Below are positions 18,787 to 28,192 of a stretch of 64,000 nt of DNA, piece after piece. The DNA comes from Candidatus Multivorans sp. (GTDB taxonomy: Bacteria; Acidobacteriota; Thermoanaerobaculia; Multivoradales; Multivoraceae), in assembly GCA_965224025.1 (NCBI GenBank), contig OZ245033.1, positions 4,096,001-4,160,000 on the forward strand, written 5' to 3'. Below the pieces are notes generated by a model that was not told the DNA's origin, made no database searches, and saw only the letters and a program-made list of their open reading frames with translations. The first letter of the stretch is position 1. Each line of letters begins with the position of its first letter. Both the position numbers and the translations under genes were made by a program.

Positions 18787-20217
18787 TCACCGCCCGAGTG
18801 CCGCGGCGGCGCCTCCCTCGACCGGCAGCACGCCCCCGACATGGTCCCGGATCCACTTCGCATCGAACCACTCCAACGGATTGACGGGCAGGCCGCCGAG
18901 CAGCACCGCGAAGTGCAGATGGTCGCCGCCGGCCATACCCGTCTGGCCGCTCAGGCCTAGCCGTTCGTCCGCCGCGACTTCCTGCCCCACCTCGACGTCG
19001 ATCCGCGACAGGTGTGCGTAGAGGGTCTGCAGGCCGTACCCGTGATCGACCACAACGGTGTTGCCGAAGATGCCGAAGTACTCCGCAAACACGACAACGC
19101 CCGAGTTCGCCGCCGGTACCTCGTCCTGCAGCCGCGATGCGAGATCGAAGCCCAGGTGATCCTGCGTGTCGACCACGCGGTCCTCATAGAGGTATTGCCT
19201 GCGGGTGGCGAACCGGTCCATGACCTGGGTGTTCCGCATCTGCCGGAAGGGTCCGCTCCAAAGCTGCCGCGACGCCGAGTCCGACGCCAACTCGACCAGC
19301 CGTTCGGCGTTCATCGTCCTGAGTTCGCCGTTCAGCATCAGGTAGTTGTCGAGCAGGCTGCCGCGGTCCGCGAGATCCGGTGTCTGGGCCATGATCGCCG
19401 GCACGACCCGGGCCATGAAGTTGTCGCTCAGCCGGATCGTCGACGACTTGAGCGGCGACGGTTCCACCACGCCCGGGAACGGGGCTCTCGCCTCGTTGCC
19501 GAGTTCGTCCCGCGCCACCAGCCGGAAGGCCGATGGATCGGCGCCGTCGTAGGGAACGCCGAACAGAGCGAAGCGGTCCCGGACGCTGCCTCCCGGAAAA
19601 AGGTAGCCGGGGAACCAGTACTCGCCGACCTCGACGCCGCTCTCCACGGCGCCTGCGCCGACGGTGTAGCGCAGCACGCCGCTGCCGGACTGCGTCGGCG
19701 TCGCCGTCACGCCGACTGAGCCGAGTTCCGGCGGGCGAAGCCGAACCGGCAGCGACAGTTCGGCGACACCCGGAGGCGGCCGCCGGAGCAAGGTGCCCGG
19801 CCGTTCGACCGTGACCCGCACCGTGGCCTCGCCCTCCACCAGGCTCGGCATCGACTCGCTGCCGACTTCGACCTCGACGACCGCCTCCCGGACCGGGTCG
19901 CCGCCGAACGACCAGGGCCCCGGCGGCCGGTGCGCTTTCTCTTCGAGCAGCAGCGATTCCCCGCCCTGCATCAGCTCGATCCCGATCGAGCCGAGGCCGC
20001 GGCCGCCCGCACGTGCCGTGGCCGTCAGCATCGTGCGCGGACCGATTCCGGGGAGGTCAGCGGTGATCGTAACGTCCGGTTCCGGAGCGACCCGGAACCA
20101 CAGGACCGACGCGGCTGCGGCGAGCACAACGGCCCCGGCCGCGACCACGGCAATCCAGGACAGCTCGCGGTCGCGACGCGAACCCAGCCGACCGGCTTCT
20201 CCCTCGCTGAACGGCAA
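18787..20217 (-). CDS. M23 family metallopeptidase (start uncertain)
   Basis: HLGFD, YAHLS and GDHLHF zinc motifs; N-terminal TM. Confidence 0.88.
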   Translation of the reverse strand: MPFSEGEAGRLGSRRDRELSWIAVVAAGAVVLAAAASVLWFRVAPEPDVTITADLPGIGPRTMLTATARAGGRGLGSIGIELMQGGESLLLEEKAHRPPGPWSFGGDPVREAVVEVEVGSESMPSLVEGEATVRVTVERPGTLLRRPPPGVAELSLPVRLRPPELGSVGVTATPTQSGSGVLRYTVGAGAVESGVEVGEYWFPGYLFPGGSVRDRFALFGVPYDGADPSAFRLVARDELGNEARAPFPGVVEPSPLKSSTIRLSDNFMARVVPAIMAQTPDLADRGSLLDNYLMLNGELRTMNAERLVELASDSASRQLWSGPFRQMRNTQVMDRFATRRQYLYEDRVVDTQDHLGFDLASRLQDEVPAANSGVVVFAEYFGIFGNTVVVDHGYGLQTLYAHLSRIDVEVGQEVAADERLGLSGQTGMAGGDHLHFAVLLGGLPVNPLEWFDAKWIRDHVGGVLPVEGGAAAALGR

Positions 20218-20231
20218 GGCCCGGCAGTCCG

Positions 20232-20402
20232 TCAGCCGATCAGGCTCGTTCCGCGGAGCAGCCGGTGCATCGTGCCGCCGGGCATCGGAATCTCGCCCTG
20301 ATCCTCGAGCCCCAGGATGTCCCGGTAGAAGGGAAGCGCCGCCTCCGCGTCACCCGCCACGATGCCCAGATCGACCGAGTTCTTCGTCAGTTCTACGCCC
20401 AC
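20232..20402 (-). pseudogene. Truncated VOC/glyoxalase family gene
   Basis: GAGGAGG RBS then GTG. MGVELTKNSVDLGIVAGDAEAALPFYRDILGL...MHRL is about half a VOC protein (56 aa) and lacks the C-terminal DPDGN motif. Confidence 0.65.
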
Positions 20403-20444
20403 AGAAGCCTCCTCTCGTCGTGGCGGCGGATACTAACCCCGATC

Positions 20445-20470
20445 CTGGGAACGCGTGCATCCTGCCCGCA
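20445..20470. repeat. REP-like palindromic element
   Basis: CTGGGAACGCGTGCATCCTGCCCGCA matches the reverse complement of 37636-37661 at 22/26 positions. Confidence 0.55.
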
Positions 20471-20503
20471 TTCGGCCACCGCGCCAAGGCGCGCGAAGGG
20501 CGA

Positions 20504-21121
20504 TCAGGCGTTGAAGCGGCGCGACTCGTTCCTCCTCTGCCGCGAAAGCACACCGCGGAACAGCAGGAACAGGCCAACCGCCATGACTGCGACGGGCCAG
20601 TAGTCAAGAACCTGATCCGCCCAGGCCCAGTTCGGGAAGCCCGCGATTACCAGGACGCCGCCGGGAACCAGCGGCCACCAACGGTTCGTGCGCTCGTAGA
20701 GCAGGGAGACCACGTAGATCAGGAGGAAGCCGACGCCGAGGCCGAAAGCGGCGCTCTCGTCGTCCGCGAACGGGCCTGAGTAGAGATCGTCGAACGCCAG
20801 ACCCGAGCCGAGCCCGATCAGGATCCCGCCCGGGATCAGGAATCCGTACGCCCTCTTGAAGAAGTAGCCCGCCGCGAAGACTCCGCCGACCAGGATCAGG
20901 AACAGGTGCTCGGCGTCGCCGTCGAGTCGCTCGAGCGCCAGCAACGCGCCGCCCAGGACGATGAGGGCCAGACCGGCGGCAACCTGACCGGCCAGGCCGG
21001 GCCCGGCGTCTTCGACCGGCGGGGCCGGCGGGTCGGCGACCGGCGGCGCCGATCCGGACTCGGCCTGTGCGGATGCTTCCGTTGTTTCGTGGTTCGTCTC
21101 GTCGTGTTCGTTCACGTTCAT
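20504..21121 (-). CDS. Integral membrane protein (LiaF/DUF5668-like)
   Basis: About 6 TMs; LIPGGILIGLG, WWPLVPG and YWPV motifs; GGAGG RBS. Confidence 0.7.
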   Translation of the reverse strand: MNVNEHDETNHETTEASAQAESGSAPPVADPPAPPVEDAGPGLAGQVAAGLALIVLGGALLALERLDGDAEHLFLILVGGVFAAGYFFKRAYGFLIPGGILIGLGSGLAFDDLYSGPFADDESAAFGLGVGFLLIYVVSLLYERTNRWWPLVPGGVLVIAGFPNWAWADQVLDYWPVAVMAVGLFLLFRGVLSRQRRNESRRFNA

Positions 21122-21216
21122 CTCCTCCCTCTTGCACTCTACGCAGGACAGAGCTGCGAGGTTCCAGTCACCTCGTTTCGAAGGTCTCAGACCGACCTGG
21201 CTGCTACGCTAGCCCC

Positions 21217-21945
21217 ATGCCTGTCTTCGAGCGGGACGAGGTCCGAATTCACTGGTCCGAGGTCGGCGCCGGTTACCCGGTGCTGCTGTTTGCGTCTGGC
21301 GGCATGCGCTCCGCCGCCGATATCTGGGGGACCAGCCCGTTCGATCCGCGCCGCGCGCTGGCGCAGTCCTTCCGGGTCATCTCGATGGACCAACGCAATG
21401 CCGGCAAGTCGACGGCGCCGGTGACGGCCGCCGACGGCTGGCATACCTACGCCGCCGACCATCTGGCGCTGCTCGATCACCTGGGCATCGAGACGTGCCA
21501 CCTGATGGGCGGCTGCATCGGCTCCTCGTACTGCCTGGGCGTCCTTGAGGCCGATGCCTCGCGGGTCAGCGCCGCGGTGCTCCAGAACCCGATCGGGCGC
21601 CACCAGAACCAGGATCTGTTCTACGCCATGTTCGACACCTGGGCCGACGCGCTCATCGGCGAGCGCGACGACGTGGCCGCCGAATCCCTGCCCCCGTTCC
21701 GCGAACGCATGTACGGCGGCGACTTCACCTTCAACGTCGATCGCGACTTCGTCACCGGCATCGAGACGCCGCTCCTGATCCTGGCCGGAAACGACGATTA
21801 CCACCCTCGCCCGGTGGCCGAGGAGATCGCCTCGCTGGCGCCGAACAACGAGCTGATCCTCGAGTGGAAGAGTGACGACGCGGCGCCGGCTGCCGCGGCG
21901 AAGGTCAGAACTTTCCTCGAACGTCACACGCCCTCCAGCAGCTAG
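21217..21945 (+). CDS. Alpha/beta hydrolase with a Cys nucleophile elbow
   Basis: MDQRNAGKS, GGCIG in place of GxSxG, and GNDDYH. Confidence 0.8.
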   Translation: MPVFERDEVRIHWSEVGAGYPVLLFASGGMRSAADIWGTSPFDPRRALAQSFRVISMDQRNAGKSTAPVTAADGWHTYAADHLALLDHLGIETCHLMGGCIGSSYCLGVLEADASRVSAAVLQNPIGRHQNQDLFYAMFDTWADALIGERDDVAAESLPPFRERMYGGDFTFNVDRDFVTGIETPLLILAGNDDYHPRPVAEEIASLAPNNELILEWKSDDAAPAAAAKVRTFLERHTPSSS

Positions 21946-21958
21946 CGCTAAGTTGAAC

Positions 21959-23758
21959 ATGATCGGAGCGACTCTTCTCGGCCTGCTGCTGGTCCTCGGC
22001 GCTCCACCCCAACCGTCCGTCGTGCCCGAAGCCGGCCAGGACGCTCCGGTCGGCCGCGGGGTCGGCGACCTGACGGACGTGGTCGAGGTCACCGTGGTCA
22101 ACGTGGACGTCGTCGCCACCGACCGCAACGGGCGACCGGCCCGCGGTCTGACGCGGCAGAACTTCCGCGTCTTCGACAACGACAAGCCGGTCGAGATCGA
22201 CTACTTCGGCCGCGGAGGCGCCGGCGGCGAACCTGCCGCCGTGGAGCTGCTGCAGGAACCCCTGTCGATCGCCTTCTTCTTCGACAACACCCACCTCTCG
22301 GTCGCCAGCCGTGCGGCGGTCCTCGACCAGATCAAGGCCTTCGCCCGCGGTCAGCTCGAGGCGGACGGCGACGGCGCGCCGGTCTATGCCATGGTCGTCG
22401 CCTTCGACGGCGAACTGCGGCTGCTCCAGGACCTGACGACCGACTACTTCGCCCTGGCCCAGGGTTTGAACCGGGCCGAAGCCGCGCACCAGGTCTTCAC
22501 CGAAGCTCAGAACCTGAAGCGGCGATCCCAGGAGAGCTTCCTGCAGTTGATGGAACAACTGAACTCCGACCCCCGGCGCTCGGCCGGCAGCATCGGCGCG
22601 CTGCGCGCAACGCTCTCCGAGATGATTGCGTACGCCAGAGTCCTCCAGGAGGACAGCGCCCGCACCGCAGGCGCGATCGAGGACATCGTGGATTCCCTGG
22701 CGCTGGTCCCCGGGCGCAAGGCCTTCTTCCTGATCAGCGACGGCTTCGCGGCGCGCCCCTTCGACCGCCTCCTGCAGAACGTCCAGAAGCGCGTTGCCGG
22801 CCGACGCGAACAGACCGGCATCGAGTTGATGGAAAGCCGGTCCGTCGACGCCCCGGAGGGCTTCGACGCCCCGAACAACCTCTACACCCGGAACTCGAAC
22901 ATCCAGGGCACCGCGGCCCTCACGACCACTTCCTTCCAGCAGCGTCTTTCCGACTTCGACCTCAGCTCCCGCTTCAGCGAGATCGCCGCCCGCGCGAACT
23001 CGCACCGGGTCTCCTTCTACGCCTTCAAGCCTCCCGAGACCGACGTGGGCGCGGCATCGCTCTCCGAAAGAGTGGCCGACCAGCAGAAACTCACGTACTT
23101 GTCCGATCTGCGCGGCGTGCTTCACCAGCTCGCCGGCGACACCGGCGGCCGCGCTTGGGTCTCGGGACGCAATGTTGACGCGTTCTTCGACCAGGCGGCG
23201 GAGGATCTGCGCTCCTACTATTCGCTCGGCTATGTGCTCGACGATTTCATCGAGGGCTCCTTGCACCAGGTCCGCGTCAAGCCGCGGCCGCGGCACCTGC
23301 GCCTTAGGCACCGCACCAGCTACATAGCGCGCTCGTTGCGCGAACGGATCGCCGAGCGGACGGTCGGCGCCCTTCTGCTGGGCTGGACCGAGAACCCGCA
23401 CGCGCTGCACATCGACAGCATCGAATGGGACACCGGCGGCGGCGGTTTCTACGACGTCGACTTCACCGTCTCGGTACCCCTCGACAAGTTGGCGATGATC
23501 GAACAGGGCGGCAATCGCACCGACCAGGTCCGAGTCGTCGCCACGGTGCTGACCGAGGACGGGGAACAGTTGGCCCCCAGCCACATCGTCCTGCCTCTGA
23601 CCATTCCCAGCGGGGACTGGGCGCAGGCACAAGACCAGTTCTTCGCCGTGAACTTCGAGTACGCGATTCCGCGCGGCAACCACCGGGTGGCCATCGGGCT
23701 CTGGGACGAGAATGGCGGCAGCGGTTCGTACATCCGCCGAGAGTTCAACGTCCGCTAA
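21959..23758 (+). CDS. VWA domain protein (acidobacterial VWFA-related type)
   Basis: Signal peptide; VVNVDVVATDRNG..GLTRQNFRVFD, PGRKAFFLISDG, DTGG and SYYSLGY. Confidence 0.8.
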   Translation: MIGATLLGLLLVLGAPPQPSVVPEAGQDAPVGRGVGDLTDVVEVTVVNVDVVATDRNGRPARGLTRQNFRVFDNDKPVEIDYFGRGGAGGEPAAVELLQEPLSIAFFFDNTHLSVASRAAVLDQIKAFARGQLEADGDGAPVYAMVVAFDGELRLLQDLTTDYFALAQGLNRAEAAHQVFTEAQNLKRRSQESFLQLMEQLNSDPRRSAGSIGALRATLSEMIAYARVLQEDSARTAGAIEDIVDSLALVPGRKAFFLISDGFAARPFDRLLQNVQKRVAGRREQTGIELMESRSVDAPEGFDAPNNLYTRNSNIQGTAALTTTSFQQRLSDFDLSSRFSEIAARANSHRVSFYAFKPPETDVGAASLSERVADQQKLTYLSDLRGVLHQLAGDTGGRAWVSGRNVDAFFDQAAEDLRSYYSLGYVLDDFIEGSLHQVRVKPRPRHLRLRHRTSYIARSLRERIAERTVGALLLGWTENPHALHIDSIEWDTGGGGFYDVDFTVSVPLDKLAMIEQGGNRTDQVRVVATVLTEDGEQLAPSHIVLPLTIPSGDWAQAQDQFFAVNFEYAIPRGNHRVAIGLWDENGGSGSYIRREFNVR

Positions 23759-23773
23759 AGCCAGGAGAAGAGC

Positions 23774-24370
23774 GTGAAGGGAACCACAAGCGCGGCCGGC
23801 GGTCCGACCGCCGACGCCGCAGACCACCGCACCACTGCCGAGTTGGAGGCCGGCTTCGGCCACGTCCTCGACTCGCCCGCCGACGGCGGCAAGCTCGAGA
23901 TGATCGTCCGGCGACCGGGAGTGAACCACCGCGAGGCGGTCGAGGAAGGGCGGCTCACCTTCGAGGCCGGCCTCGAGGGCGACTCCTGGGACCGTCGCAA
24001 GGGTTACGTCACCGAAGACGGCTCCCCCGATCCGGACGCCCAACTGACGCTGACGAACTCTCGCTTCGCCGGCCTCATCGCCGGTAGCCGGGATCGCTGG
24101 CCCCTGGCCGGCGACCAGCTCTACGTCGACCTCGACCTCGGCGCGGAGAATCTGCCGACCGGCACCAAACTCCGCCTCGGCGAAGCGGTGGTCGAGATCA
24201 CCGCGCTCCCCCATACCGGCTGCAAGAAGTACGCTCAGCGCTTCGGTGCGGAAGCACTCAAGTTCACCGCCCAACCGGAAGGCCGCCGACGCAATCTCCG
24301 GGGCATCTACGCGCGGGTCGTCGTGCCGGGAACCGTGCGGGTCGGCGACACCGCGCGCAAGGTCCGCTGA
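23774..24370 (+). CDS. MOSC domain protein
   Basis: GLEGD, AGDQLYVDLDL, PHTGCKK and LRGIYARVV. Confidence 0.85.
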   Translation: MKGTTSAAGGPTADAADHRTTAELEAGFGHVLDSPADGGKLEMIVRRPGVNHREAVEEGRLTFEAGLEGDSWDRRKGYVTEDGSPDPDAQLTLTNSRFAGLIAGSRDRWPLAGDQLYVDLDLGAENLPTGTKLRLGEAVVEITALPHTGCKKYAQRFGAEALKFTAQPEGRRRNLRGIYARVVVPGTVRVGDTARKVR

Positions 24371-24375
24371 TTTCG

Positions 24376-24783
24376 ATGGCGATCACCAAGGGCATACGAC
24401 AGCTCGTCGCGGAGGCCGACGCCGCGATCGAGACCGTGACGGTTGACGAAGCCCGGGAGCGTCAGGCTCAGGGAGCCGTCATCGTCGACCTGCGCGACAT
24501 CCGTGAGCGGGCCCGCGAGGGTTTCATCTCCGGTTCCTTCCACGCCCCGCGGGGCATGATCGAGTTCTGGGTCGATCCCGACAGCCCGTACTTCAAGGAC
24601 ATCTTCGGCAGCGGCAGCGAGTTCATCTTCCACTGCGCCAGCGGCTGGCGCTCCGCGCTGGCAACGAAGGCCGTCCAGGACATGGGACTGAAACCGGTAT
24701 GCCACATCGGCGGCGGCTTCTCGGCCTGGAAGAAGGCGGACGCGCCAGTCGACAAGACCGCGGACGGCCGCGAACCGAGGTGA
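24376..24783 (+). CDS. Rhodanese-like sulfurtransferase
   Basis: DLRDIRE, HAPRGMIEF, CASGWRS and GGFSAW. Confidence 0.88.
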   Translation: MAITKGIRQLVAEADAAIETVTVDEARERQAQGAVIVDLRDIRERAREGFISGSFHAPRGMIEFWVDPDSPYFKDIFGSGSEFIFHCASGWRSALATKAVQDMGLKPVCHIGGGFSAWKKADAPVDKTADGREPR

Positions 24784-24810
24784 AGCTCCGGAGGGCGGAG
24801 GCCCGCCGGC

Positions 24811-24839
24811 TTGACAGCAGCGCGACTGTTCCTTAGCCT
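24811..24839 (+). promoter_or_regulatory. sigma70-type promoter of the lysW operon
   Basis: TTGACA (24811-24816), 17-nt spacer, TAGCCT (24834-24839). Confidence 0.7.
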
Positions 24840-24874
24840 CTTCGACCGTTTCTCTGGACCGGGTCCGCACCGAA

Positions 24875-24970
24875 ATGCTCAGCCACTCTGCCCCCCACCC
24901 CGCTACCACCGTTCCCTGCCGCAAGGTCCGGGTGAAGGGCGCGAAGCGCCCGACGGACACTCCTGAGTGA
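24875..24970 (+). CDS. Candidate Lys/Arg-rich leader peptide (31 aa)
   Basis: MLSHSAPHPATTVPCRKVRVKGAKRPTDTPE*, with 3 Lys and 3 Arg within 10 codons, between the promoter and the terminator. No obvious RBS. Confidence 0.45.
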   Translation: MLSHSAPHPATTVPCRKVRVKGAKRPTDTPE

Positions 24971-25000
24971 CCTAGATCGAGAACGAGACCTTCTCTGAGC

Positions 25001-25039
25001 GGCCGGCCATCCAGGAGGATGAGCCGGCCCTTTGTTTTT
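25001..25039 (+). terminator. Intrinsic terminator upstream of lysW (attenuator-like)
   Basis: GGCCGGC-CATCC-agga-GGATG-a-GCCGGCC stem followed by C-TTTGTTTTT. Confidence 0.75.
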
Positions 25040-25085
25040 GGATCAGTCGCTTGCTGAGCCTTCCCGCCAACCGAGGAGAACCGTA

Positions 25086-25271
25086 ATGGAACTGCAGACC
25101 GTAAGCACCCAGTCCGAGTGCCCCGAGTGCTTCGACGAGATCCGGCTCGAGGCCGTGATGCAAAACGAGATCGTCCAGTGCGCCGGCTGCGGCGTCGACC
25201 TGGAGGTGATCGAACTCGAACCCGTGGCCCTGGAACTGGCGCCTGAAGAAGAAGAGGACTGGGGCGAGTAG
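25086..25271 (+). CDS. lysW: Amino-group carrier protein LysW
   Basis: CPEC...CAGC zinc ribbon, acidic, C-terminal EDWGE; GAGGAG RBS. Confidence 0.95.
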   Translation: MELQTVSTQSECPECFDEIRLEAVMQNEIVQCAGCGVDLEVIELEPVALELAPEEEEDWGE

Positions 25272-25282
25272 CCGGGCAGGCG

Positions 25283-26176
25283 ATGCGCATCGGAGTCCTG
25301 TACAGCCGGGTCCGGCCCGAAGAGAAGCTCCTGTTCCGGGAGCTCGAGCGGCGGCGCGCGGACGTCGAACTGATCGACGACCGCAAGATCGTCCTCTCGT
25401 TTGGCGGCGCGAGCGCGCTGGAACCGGCCTTCGACTTCGATGTCGTCTTCGACCGTTCGCTCAGCCACAGCCGCGCCCTGGTCCACCTGCGGGTGCTGGC
25501 CGACCGCCGCGTACGGACGGTGAACCGGATCGACGTGGTCGAGAACTGCGGCGACAAGCTCCGCACATCCAGCCTGCTGCAGGCCGCCGGCGTGCCGACT
25601 CCCGACACCCGGGTCGCCTCGACGCCGGAGGCGGCGCTCCAGGCAATCGAGGAGCTCGGCTACCCGGTCGTGCTCAAGCCGACCGTCGGCTCCTGGGGCC
25701 GGTTGATCGCCCGCGTCAACGATCGCGACGCGGCCGAAGCGCTGATCGAGCACAAGACCACCCTCGGCGCCTATCAACACTCGATCTTCTACCTGCAGCG
25801 TTACGTGGACAAGCCGGAACGCGACATCCGCGCGTTCGTTGCGGGCGGCGAAACGATCTGCGCCATCTACCGCGAGGCGCCTCACTGGGTCACCAACACG
25901 GCGCGCGGCGCCTCGACCACGAACTGTCCGGTGACGCCCGAGCTGGCGACCCTGTGCCGGCGGGCGGCGGAGGCGGTCGGCGGCGGGCTGGTTGCGGTCG
26001 ACCTGGTCGAGGACGGAGACCGCGGGCCGCTGGTGCTGGAGGTCAACCACACGATGGAGTTCCGCAACTCCATCGAACCGACCGGTGTCGACATCCCGGC
26101 ACGCATGGTCGACTTCGTCGAGCGGGTGGCGAGCGTCGGCTGGGCCGCCGCCCAGCACGCCGAGGAGGGGACATGA
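25283..26176 (+). CDS. lysX: [LysW]-aminoadipate/glutamate ligase (RimK ATP-grasp)
   Basis: [24 protein letters not shown] and EVNHTMEF. Confidence 0.93.
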   Translation: MRIGVLYSRVRPEEKLLFRELERRRADVELIDDRKIVLSFGGASALEPAFDFDVVFDRSLSHSRALVHLRVLADRRVRTVNRIDVVENCGDKLRTSSLLQAAGVPTPDTRVASTPEAALQAIEELGYPVVLKPTVGSWGRLIARVNDRDAAEALIEHKTTLGAYQHSIFYLQRYVDKPERDIRAFVAGGETICAIYREAPHWVTNTARGASTTNCPVTPELATLCRRAAEAVGGGLVAVDLVEDGDRGPLVLEVNHTMEFRNSIEPTGVDIPARMVDFVERVASVGWAAAQHAEEGT

Positions 26177-27255
26177 CCGCGCGCGCCAGCATCGTCGGCG
26201 GTTCCGGGTACGCCGGCGGCGAGTTGCTGCGTCTGCTGCTCGGGCACCCCGAATTCGAGGTCGCCCAAGTCACCTCGCGGCGGCTGGCGGGCGACTTCGT
26301 CCACTTCACGCACCCGAACCTTCGCGGCCACACCGATCTCCGATACTGCAGTCTCGACGAACTCGAGCGCTGCGACTTTCTCTTCCTCTGCGTGCCGCAT
26401 GGCAGCGCGGCCGGCGACATCGACTTCTACTCCGAACTCGCCCCACGGATCGTCGACCTGTCGGCCGACTTCCGGCTCCGCTCACCGTCGGCCTACGCCG
26501 ACTGGTACGGCGCTCCGCACCCCGCGCCCGAGTGGCTCGACCGCTTCGTCTACGGCCTGCCGGAGCTCGACCGCGACGGGGTCGCCGGCGCGTCCCACGC
26601 GAGCGGCGTCGGCTGCAACGCGACCGCCATCATGCTCGGCCTGCTGCCGCTGCTCGAACCCGAGCCCCTGGAACGAAACCTCGTCGACTGGCGCCGGGGC
26701 GTCGTCACCGAACTGAAAGTCGGCAGCAGCGAGGGCGGCGCGTCGTCGTCGGACGCCTCCCACCACCCCGAACGGTCCGGCGTCGTGCGTAGCTTCCGGC
26801 CCACCGGTCACCGCCACACCGCGGAGGTCGAACAGGCGCTGGCGGTGCGCGGCGTCGAGGCCGCCGGCCGCGTCCACCTGTCGGTCACGTCGGTCGAGAT
26901 GGTGCGCGGCGTCCTCGCCACCAGCCACCTGTTCCTGAATCAGCCCGACATCGGCAAGCCGACCGAACGGGACCTCTTCCGCACTTTCCGGCCGTTCTGC
27001 CGGCGGCAGCCGTTCGTTCGCCTGGTCAAGGATCGGCGCGGCATCCACCGCTACCCCGAACCGAAGATCCTCGCCGGCAGCAACCACGCCGAGGTCGGCT
27101 TCGACCTGGATCCCCGCACCGGACGCCTGGTCGTCATCTGCGCCATCGACAACCTGATGAAGGGCGCCGCCGGCAACGCGGTCCAGTGCGCGAACCTGAT
27201 GTGCGGATTCTCCGAGACCGAGGGCCTGGCCTTTCCTGGCCTGCATCCGGTGTAG
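26173..27255 (+). CDS. lysY: [LysW]-aminoadipyl-phosphate reductase (ArgC-like)
   Basis: GGSGYAG, DLSADFR, YGLPE, GCNAT and DNLMKGAAG. Confidence 0.9.
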   Translation: MTARASIVGGSGYAGGELLRLLLGHPEFEVAQVTSRRLAGDFVHFTHPNLRGHTDLRYCSLDELERCDFLFLCVPHGSAAGDIDFYSELAPRIVDLSADFRLRSPSAYADWYGAPHPAPEWLDRFVYGLPELDRDGVAGASHASGVGCNATAIMLGLLPLLEPEPLERNLVDWRRGVVTELKVGSSEGGASSSDASHHPERSGVVRSFRPTGHRHTAEVEQALAVRGVEAAGRVHLSVTSVEMVRGVLATSHLFLNQPDIGKPTERDLFRTFRPFCRRQPFVRLVKDRRGIHRYPEPKILAGSNHAEVGFDLDPRTGRLVVICAIDNLMKGAAGNAVQCANLMCGFSETEGLAFPGLHPV

Positions 27256-27265
27256 GCGGCAGCTC

Positions 27266-28192
27266 GTGCCCGAATCCCGCCCGACCGACGCTCCTCCCGG
27301 CCTTTGCCAGACCGGCCCCGCCCCGCTGGTCATCAAGGCCGGCGGCGGCAAGTCGCTGGACCTCGACGCGATCGCCGCCGACGTCTGCGAACTGTCGAAC
27401 TCCGGCCACGCGGTGGTTCTCGTGCACGGCGGCGCCGAGACGACCAACGAGGTCGCCGAGCAGTTGGGGCATCCGCCGCGGTTCGTGACCAGCGAGAGCG
27501 GCTACAGCAGCCGCCGCACCGACCGGCGCACGCTCGAGATCTTCGAGATGGTCTACTGCGGGCTGCTGAACAAGCGCTGGGTGGAGCTGCTGCAGCGTCA
27601 GGGCATCCGCGCGGTCGGGCTGAGCGGCCTCGACGGCCGCCTGTTCGAGGGCCGGCGCAAGGACAAGCTCCGCATCCGGCTCGGCGCCCGCCGTCTCGTG
27701 CTGCGCGACGACTGGACGGGCACGGTCGACCGGGTCAACGCGGACCTGCTGCGTCTGCTGCTCGGCGGCGGCTACCTGCCCGTACTGACCCCGCCGGGGG
27801 CGTCCTACGACGGAGAGGCGGTCAACGTCGACGGCGACCGCGCGGCCGCCGCCGTGGCCGCGGCCCTGGGTGCAAAGGCGTTGGTCTACCTGTCCGGCGC
27901 CCCGGGCCTGCTCGCCGACTTTCCCGACGAGGCCTCGCTGATCTCGCGCCTCGACGTCGCTCGCGACGACCTGACCGGCCCTGAAGCCCATGCCGGGCTC
28001 GAACCGCTGATGGAGGCGGCCCAGGACCGGATGAAGAAGAAGGTGCTGGGCGCCGCGGAAGCGCTGCGCGGGGGCCTGGAGCGAGTGATCTTCGCCGACG
28101 GACGCACCGGGCGTCCCGTCCAGGCCGCCCTCGACGGCGCCGGCACCCACGTCGTCGTCAGGCCGGCGAATCGGGAGGAGTACACGTCATGA
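27266..28192 (+). CDS. lysZ: [LysW]-aminoadipate kinase (ArgB-like)
   Basis: IKAGG, VHGG, SGYSSRRTD, NVDGDRAA and MKKKV. Confidence 0.9.
   Translation: MPESRPTDAPPGLCQTGPAPLVIKAGGGKSLDLDAIAADVCELSNSGHAVVLVHGGAETTNEVAEQLGHPPRFVTSESGYSSRRTDRRTLEIFEMVYCGLLNKRWVELLQRQGIRAVGLSGLDGRLFEGRRKDKLRIRLGARRLVLRDDWTGTVDRVNADLLRLLLGGGYLPVLTPPGASYDGEAVNVDGDRAAAAVAAALGAKALVYLSGAPGLLADFPDEASLISRLDVARDDLTGPEAHAGLEPLMEAAQDRMKKKVLGAAEALRGGLERVIFADGRTGRPVQAALDGAGTHVVVRPANREEYTS

Noticed and set aside
24840-25040. Lysine riboswitch or T-box upstream of lysW
   Set aside because: No L-box AGAGGNGC start or T-box GGTGGNACCGCG consensus seen; leader peptide plus terminator fits better. An Rfam scan would settle it.
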